This document shows positions 57,564 through 64,000 of a stretch of 64,000 nucleotides of DNA, piece after piece; the stretch's first letter is position 1, and the number at the start of each line of letters is the position of its first letter. A model generated the notes under the pieces. That model was not told the DNA's origin. It worked only from the letters and a program-made list of their open reading frames with translations, and did not search any database. The translations under genes and the position numbers were made by a program. Source of the stretch: Eledone cirrhosa (lineage: Eukaryota); NCBI GenBank assembly GCA_964016885.1, contig OZ024740.1, positions 440,820,001 to 440,884,000 on the forward strand, read 5' to 3'.

Positions 57564-58490
57564 TTATAGCCCTAGTCTACCCCCCCCCCCCCCCGGGTCA
57601 TTATGGGGTTTGAGGGCGAGGTAAGTCCTACGCAATCTATGTTTACATGCAGTAACCAGTTCATCTTTCTTGTTTAGGAGTTGGTCCGTCGAAAACAGCA
57701 TTTGTAAAGTTTCCTCCGAGCATAAATTGCACGGACGGCGTCCTCCCGTGTAAGAATTGGCTCTGGACAGTAATCTCCAAGTGAGATCATAGGTGATGTT
57801 GTTGTCCTTGAGGTCCCATATGTGGCCCGAAAGTGTAGTGGCGTGACGCCAGGCCGGGTTTCGGAAGGTATGTCTATGTTGGTATAGCCGGGTCTTGAAG
57901 TCACATGCGGTAAGTCCTATATATGCTTTGTTGGAGGTATCCGTCCTCACGTTGCACTGGTAGATCACATTACGGTCTCTGCATCTATTGTCGAGTGGGC
58001 AAATAGATCTATCCGGGCAGTTACACCTCCTGGTCGGTTCTCCACTATATTTAGGTTATTTCTGCCATCGGGGTTGAGTTTTTTGTTGTTAGAGGAGACG
58101 ATGTTTTGTGCGAAGTTTGGTGTAGTGCTGTAAGAGAGTTTGATGGTATTTTTGTTAATTATGTTGTGGTAGCGGTGTTGTAATGGGAAGTGTTTTTCAA
58201 TGAGCCTAAAGAATAGTTTCCCGATGGGAGTTGTCACCTCTGCGTTGTGGGGAGGATTGAACCATGTTACATTGCGTGAGCGGCGGTGTCTCCTGCTGGT
58301 TCCGCTAATGGGAGCTGGACAGTAGGATATTTCCTCCCGGAAACCACTCCGCTTGAGGGCCTGGTTGTAATAAGGCGCATGTTCATCGAATATCCGCTCA
58401 TTAGCTGACAAACGGGATATGCGGAGGGAGATGTTTTTGACCAGGTTGTTTGTGATGTTCCTAGGATGGTTTGATCGGCGGTGGATGTAG
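57564..58490 (-). pseudogene. PLE RT C-terminus + GIY-YIG (1-nt frameshift near 58047)
   Basis: YIHRRSNHP...LSANERIF..PYYNQALKRSGF..VTWFNPP..KLSYS; VIYQC..YIGLT..KTRLYQH. Confidence 0.88.
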
Positions 58491-58491
58491 T

Positions 58492-59151
58492 GGGAAACTA
58501 TTCTTTAGGCTCATTGAAAAACACTTCCCATTACAACACCGGTACCACAACATAATTAACAAAAATACCATCAAACTCTCTTACAGCACTACACCAAACT
58601 TCGCACAAAACATCATCTCCTCTAACAACAAAAAACTCAACCCCGATGGCAGAAATAACCTAAATAGCAGTGGAGAACCGACCAGGAGGTGTAACTGCCC
58701 GGATAGATCTATTTGCCCACTCGACAATAGATGCAGAGACCGTAATGTGATCTACCAGTGCAACGTGAGGACGGATACCTCCAACAAAGCCTATATAGGA
58801 CTTACCGCATGTGACTTCAAGACCCGGCTATACCAACATAGACATACCTTCCGAAACCCGGCCCGGCGTCACGCCACTACACTTTCGGGCCACATATGGG
58901 ACCTCAAGGACAACAACATCACCTATGATCTCACTTGGAGATTACTGTCCAGAGCCAATTCTTACACGGGAGGACGCCGTCCGTGCAATTTATGCTCGGA
59001 GGAAACTTTACAAATGCTGTTTTCGACGGACCAACTCCTAAACCAGAAAGATGAACTGGTTACTGCATGTAAACATAGATTGCGTAGGACTTACCTCGCC
59101 CTCATACCCCATAATGACCCGGGGGGGGGGGGGGGTAGACTAGGGCTATAA
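58492..59151 (+). CDS. PLE GIY-YIG endonuclease, in frame, 5'-truncated
   Basis: RRCNC..CPLDNRCRDRNVIYQC..AYIGLT..FKTRLYQH..TTLSGHIW..CNLCSEE..LLN..ACKH. Confidence 0.88.
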   Translation, partial: GKLFFRLIEKHFPLQHRYHNIINKNTIKLSYSTTPNFAQNIISSNNKKLNPDGRNNLNSSGEPTRRCNCPDRSICPLDNRCRDRNVIYQCNVRTDTSNKAYIGLTACDFKTRLYQHRHTFRNPARRHATTLSGHIWDLKDNNITYDLTWRLLSRANSYTGGRRPCNLCSEETLQMLFSTDQLLNQKDELVTACKHRLRRTYLALIPHNDPGGGGGRLGL

Positions 59152-60253
59152 CACCCCACTTGCCGATTTTGCAATGGGTAACCCCTGCTTGCCAAGGGAG
59201 ACGTAAGATCTTCTTTGTATTCTTTTATCGCTTCCTTTATTTCCTTCCCCCCTCTCTCCTTAGTCCTTCTACCCCAGCTCTTCTCCTTTGTCGGCGTCTT
59301 TTCTCGCCCACCCGAGGCTGCCCTTTGGCCCCTTGTAGCCTTAGTACCCCCACCCCCTCCCCTAGTCTATGATAGATTTGGCGGACTCCGCCCTTTATAG
59401 CAGTTGGTTTAGACCCCGGATACTTGTCCCCTTTTTCCGACCGCTCCCACTATTCTCTGTGCCCTCTATATTTCTTAGTGGCACTTATGCCTTATTTTTT
59501 CGTTTCAGTATTTCTTTCTTCGCTTTTCTTTTGGGCGGGGTGGATTCTGAATTTATTTTTCCGTATTCTACCTTTGCTTCGTACGAAGTTTCATGTAGCT
59601 TGTTTTAAATCTTTTAGAGTTAGCATTAGTATATATTTTTCTCGGGACTCAGAATTATTATCTCGTACAAGTTCACTTTGCTGCACTGGGTGGTTGCTGG
59701 CATTGTGCCCGGGATGGAAACCTTTATTGTTTATTTCGTGGTAGTCTCTTTAGTATTTTGGCCCCTTTTGTTGACCCGTCACCGTATCATTTACGTACTT
59801 ATACCTCTTAAAAGGGTCCTTGCCTAATTCGTCCCACCTAGTTCTTTTACTTATTTCGTTATTTCTTTATTTCTTTCTTTACTTCTTTCTTTCTTTATTT
59901 ATTTATTTATTCTAGCCTAACAATAGCTAGAGACCTAGGTCGTAGAATTTAATTTACTTTACTTTTTTCTTTACACTTATTTGCTTTTCTTCACTCTCAG
60001 TATTTTTTCTTTCCTATATATTTCTACCCCCCATTGTTCTACCTACCGTTCCGACTTCCTCCCCCTCCCCCTCCCCTGTATCTTCTTTGACCTCATGCCC
60101 AGCTGTAGCTGGCACTACCAACGCTTGATTGGGTCTACTCCAGCCCCTCCCCTCTTTCTCCTACTGGCAGGTTTAGCCACCATCTCCCCTACTAATTTGC
60201 AACCACAGAATTACTACTGATTTTTGACAATCACTTTGACCATATATGGAATT

Positions 60254-60347
60254 ACCCCTTGAGAAGATCGGCTATTTAAATACCAGGATAAATTTTCATT
60301 TAGTCCAGAATTAGCCGTCGAAACGGCTTGAGCTCAGCTGTCGGGGT
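60254..60347 (+). ncRNA. Hammerhead ribozyme, U3-A8 variant
   Basis: Mirror of 56371-56464. Confidence 0.8.
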
Positions 60348-60457
60348 CTTACTGGTTCCTATTACCCACTCTACTACCTCAAGTATTGAGTACTTTGGTG
60401 CGTTATGGTCCACCTGGTTCCTTACCACATTTCCTTCGTTATATATATATATATATA

Positions 60458-61190
60458 GTTCAAAAGGACAAACAAACGCAGGAGTCAATAATACATAGTG
60501 CTATTAGCTTCACGCTTGGTAAGAGTTGAGAGGTTATGACGTTTCGGACATAAGTCCTTCGCCAGAAAAGTAGGAAGGAACTCTGAGAGGGAGTGAGGAG
60601 GGTAGTAAGGGGGAAGTTAACAGGAGGAACACGAAAGGAAGGGGGAAATTGAAATTAAAATTAAAATGAAAATAGAATTTAAAAAAAATGAAAATGAAGG
60701 GGCTGGAAGGGGTGTAGGGGTCCGGGATGGGAAGGGCGTGGTATAGGGATTGGGGGAGAGAAGGGGTGTGGGAAAGAAGGGTGGGGGAAGGGAAGGTGTT
60801 GTATAGGGGGAGCAGGGGGCAAGGTAAGGTGCATATGTATAGGGGGAAGGGGGGATAGTGTGTATAGGGGAGGGTGAGAGAAGGAGTGGGGGAAGGTAAG
60901 GTGTGTGTGTATAGGGGAGGGGGAGAGAAGGAGTGGGGGAAGTAAATAAATCTGAGTCCGAGGGGGAGGGAGGAAGGTAAGGTGTGTGTGTATGTGTAGA
61001 TGTAAGTGTCAGAGTCTGGAAGGAAGCGAGTGTATGTGAATGTGGGTTTTGAAAAAGCATTGTGTGTCTGTTGGAGTGGAGTGTATGTCTGTATGTGTAT
61101 AGTCCTTGTTTGGGTGTTGGTGTGTATATGTGTGTGTGTGGATGGAGGTGGTGGGTTTTATGAGTTGAGATCCTGTCAAATCCGGAGGCA
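60458..61190 (-). mobile_element. PLE-type 3' UTR relic with mutated minimal hammerhead (~60535-60570)
   Basis: CTGGCGA-aggac ttat gtcc-GAAACGTC on the minus strand. Confidence 0.55.
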
Positions 61191-61268
61191 TATATATATA
61201 TATATTAAATTCAAAGGGGTATATATATAGTCACAAATACATATATCGGGACTAGACTCTGTCTCTCC

Positions 61269-61375
<107 letters not shown>

Positions 61376-61742
61376 CTCTCATGAAGCTCCGACTAGGCCT
61401 GAAAATCGATTGAAGGTGTTTATCATTTTTTTTTCAACTTACATGAAAATCTTTTTTCTCGTTCGTTCCAGTCAGAACCTACTTAGTGGTTAATTGTATC
61501 CAGCATGATCAAAACCTGAATGATGGTGTTGAAATATATAGTGGTAAGGAACTCTCGGGTGTACTGGACAGCAGGAGGTCTTCGGAGAAGAATCCCCACC
61601 CTCTCAAGCAAGTGTTTCGATCTTACTCTCTTAAGGAGGCCGGGCTGCATCCAAGTCATGACTCCTGGGTCCCCTTCTGCTGACATTTAACGACTTCGAT
61701 ATCAGAGACTTGTTGTGCGTATATATGTATATATATATATAC

Positions 61743-62030
61743 ATGCTCCATCATCCACTTTTCTAAAAACCAAATCATACACAAAACGCCAGCACTAACA
61801 GTTTTCCAAGAGATGTCAACATGAATGGACCTGTTATTTTTATCTAAAGACATTTGTTTTCCAATTCCATCCCGCCCGCCCCCTCAATCCATCTTATTTC
61901 TCATTCTTTCTTCTGATGAAGGACTAGCGTCCGAAACGTTAAGACCCTCTTCCTGCTATATCAAGCGTTAACCTAATATATACCTTCCAGATACTGTACC
62001 GATTGTGTTGTTATTTATGTTTACCTTTTA
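61743..62030 (+). mobile_element. PLE 3' repeat with minimal hammerhead (61909-61944)
   Basis: tctt-CTGATGA-aggac tagc gtcc-GAAACGTT-aaga; homolog of 17590-17870. Confidence 0.8.
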
Positions 62031-62367
62031 CATACATACATATATATATATACACACACACATACACACATTTTTTCCTTCTTTATTTCTCCATGTAATA
62101 TCAAAAGTGAGTTCTAAGATTTAAATTAAGGATTTTAGAGAGAGAGAGGGGAGAGAGAAAGAAAGAATTAACCCTAGTAGTAGTACTTTATTTATCAACC
62201 ACGAAAGGATGAAAGGCAAATTTGACTTTAGCGAGATCTGAACTCCGAACGCAAAGAACCAGAAAGAATACAGCATTCTCTCCAACTTTATAACGACTCT
62301 CTTAATTTTCCGCCATACAACAAATATACGTATGACATTCATGGTCCTGTACCTCCCGAGGGAGTCG

Positions 62368-62766
62368 TAGGGTCACCATATTGACATATGGTTTATGGTG
62401 CTGTACCACCTGTAGGGTCACCATATTGACATATGGTGTATGGTGCTGTATCACCTGTAGGGTCAACATATTGACATATGGTGTATGGTGCTGTACCACC
62501 TGTAGGGTCACCATATTGACATATGGTGTATGGTGCTGTACCACCTGTAGGGTCACCATGTTGACATATGGTGTATCGTCCTGTACCACCTGTAGGGTCA
62601 CCATGTTGACACATGGTGTATGGTGCTGTACCACCTGTAGGGTCACCATGTTGACATATGGTGTATCGTCCTGTACCACCTGTAGGGTCACCATGTTGAC
62701 ATATGGTGTATCGTCCTGTACCATCTGTAGGGTCACCATGTTGACATATGGTGTATGGTGCTGTAC
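62368..62766. repeat. 45-bp minisatellite (~9 copies)
   Basis: gtagggtcaccat(a/g)ttgacatatggtgtat(g/c)gt(g/c)ctgtaccacct. Confidence 0.95.
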
Positions 62767-62934
62767 TTCTTGAGGGAGTCGTGGGGCAACCTACGTTACT
62801 TGGGCATTTTAAAAACTGGTGGAGCCCATCTCATCTCCAGGTGTGAATACAGCAGATTTCTTCCAGAGAAGAATAGAGAGAGTGAGAGAATGGAAGTGGG
62901 AAAGAGATATAAAGAAAGAATCGACCACAGTAAT

Positions 62935-63060
62935 AGACTGGTACTTTTTAACGATCTTGAAAATATGAAAGCAAAGTTGACTTCGGCGGTATTTGAACTC
63001 AGAGCAGAGAGCCGGAACAAATATCACAAAGCATTATACCCGACGTTCTAACCGCTCTAC
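62935..63060 (-). mobile_element. tRNA-derived SINE (other relics ~51790-51900 and 62180-62260)
   Basis: ctggtac..tgaaagcaaagttgacttcggcggtatttgaactcaga is the reverse complement of the 6324 family. Confidence 0.75.
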
Positions 63061-64000
63061 CATTCTATCTGACATTCTAACCACACTACCATTCTACCTG
63101 ACGGTCAAACAACTCTACCATTCTACCAGAGATCCTATCCATCTACCATTCTACCCGACATCCTAGCAATTCTACCATTCTATCTGACGTTCTAACCACT
63201 CTACCATTCTACCAGACGTGCTGACCACTCTACCATTCTATATGACGTTCTAACCATTCTACCATCCTATATGACCTTCTAACCACTCTACCATTCTATC
63301 TGACGTTCTAACAACCTTACAATTCTACCAGACATTCTAACCACTCTACCGTTCTATCTGACGTTTTAACCACTCTACCATTATATCTGACGTTCTAACC
63401 ACTCTACCATTCTACCCGACGTTCTAAACACTCTACCATTCTACCAGACGTTCTAACCACTCTACCATTCTACCTGACGTTCTAACCACTCTACCATTCT
63501 ATCTTACGTTCTAACCACTCTACCCATTCTACCCGAGGTTCTAACCACTCTACCATTCTACCAGACGTTCTAACCACTCTACAATTCTGACAGACGTTCT
63601 AACCACTCTACCATTCTACCTGACGTTCTAACCACTCTACCATTCTATCTGACGTTCTAACCACTCTACTATACTATCTTACGTTCTAACCACTCTACCA
63701 TTCTACCCAAGGTTCTAACCCCTCTACCATTCTACCTGACGTTCTACCCACTCTTCCATTCTACCCGGCGTTCTAACCACTTTACCATTCCACCTGACGT
63801 TCTAACCACTCTACCATTCTACCTGACGTTGTAACCACTCTACCATTCTACCCGACGTTCTAACCACTCTACCATTCTATCTGACGTTCTAACCACTCCA
63901 TCATTCTATCTGACGTTCTAACCACTCCACCATTATATCTGACGTTCCAACCACTCTACCATTCTACCCGACGTTCTAACCACTCTACCATTCTATCTGA
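63040..64000. repeat. 29-bp satellite running off window end
   Basis: ctgacgttctaaccactctaccattcta(c/t), period 29. Confidence 0.96.

Noticed and set aside
56973-59744. Hydrophobic ORFs in palindrome arms
   Set aside because: Pyrimidine-rich PLE 3' UTR; duplicated only because of the inversion
62302-62773. 15-aa repeat protein or CRISPR-like array
   Set aside because: Plain 45-bp tandem repeat with no unique spacers, in a eukaryotic context

Overview
Eukaryotic, AT-rich, repeat-saturated non-genic DNA. The SINE types and microsatellite load resemble a cephalopod (Octopus-like) genome; this is an inference, not verified. No host protein-coding exon is recognisable, and most long ORFs are translations of micro/minisatellites. 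Real content: two Tx1/L1-type LINE fragments; two R4/Dong-like restriction-endonuclease LINEs stacked in a (TACA)n array; CR1 and RTE relics; tRNA-derived SINEs; a mariner-type MITE; Helitron-like elements; three damaged tRNA-Ser copies; and several Penelope-like elements (PLE; RT + GIY-YIG). The main signal is about 20 type-I hammerhead ribozyme motifs from about 10 distinct families, read by eye. They sit in PLE 3' repeats and in short non-coding retrozyme-like units (421 and ~478 bp). These insertions lie mostly in (TA)n tracts and repeatedly share one architecture: inverted arm + spacer + arm + unpaired tail. The resulting palindromes range from 0.2 to 4 kb. Two families use a U3-A8 covariant core (UUGANAA). 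Coordinates were read manually and may be off by a few nt.
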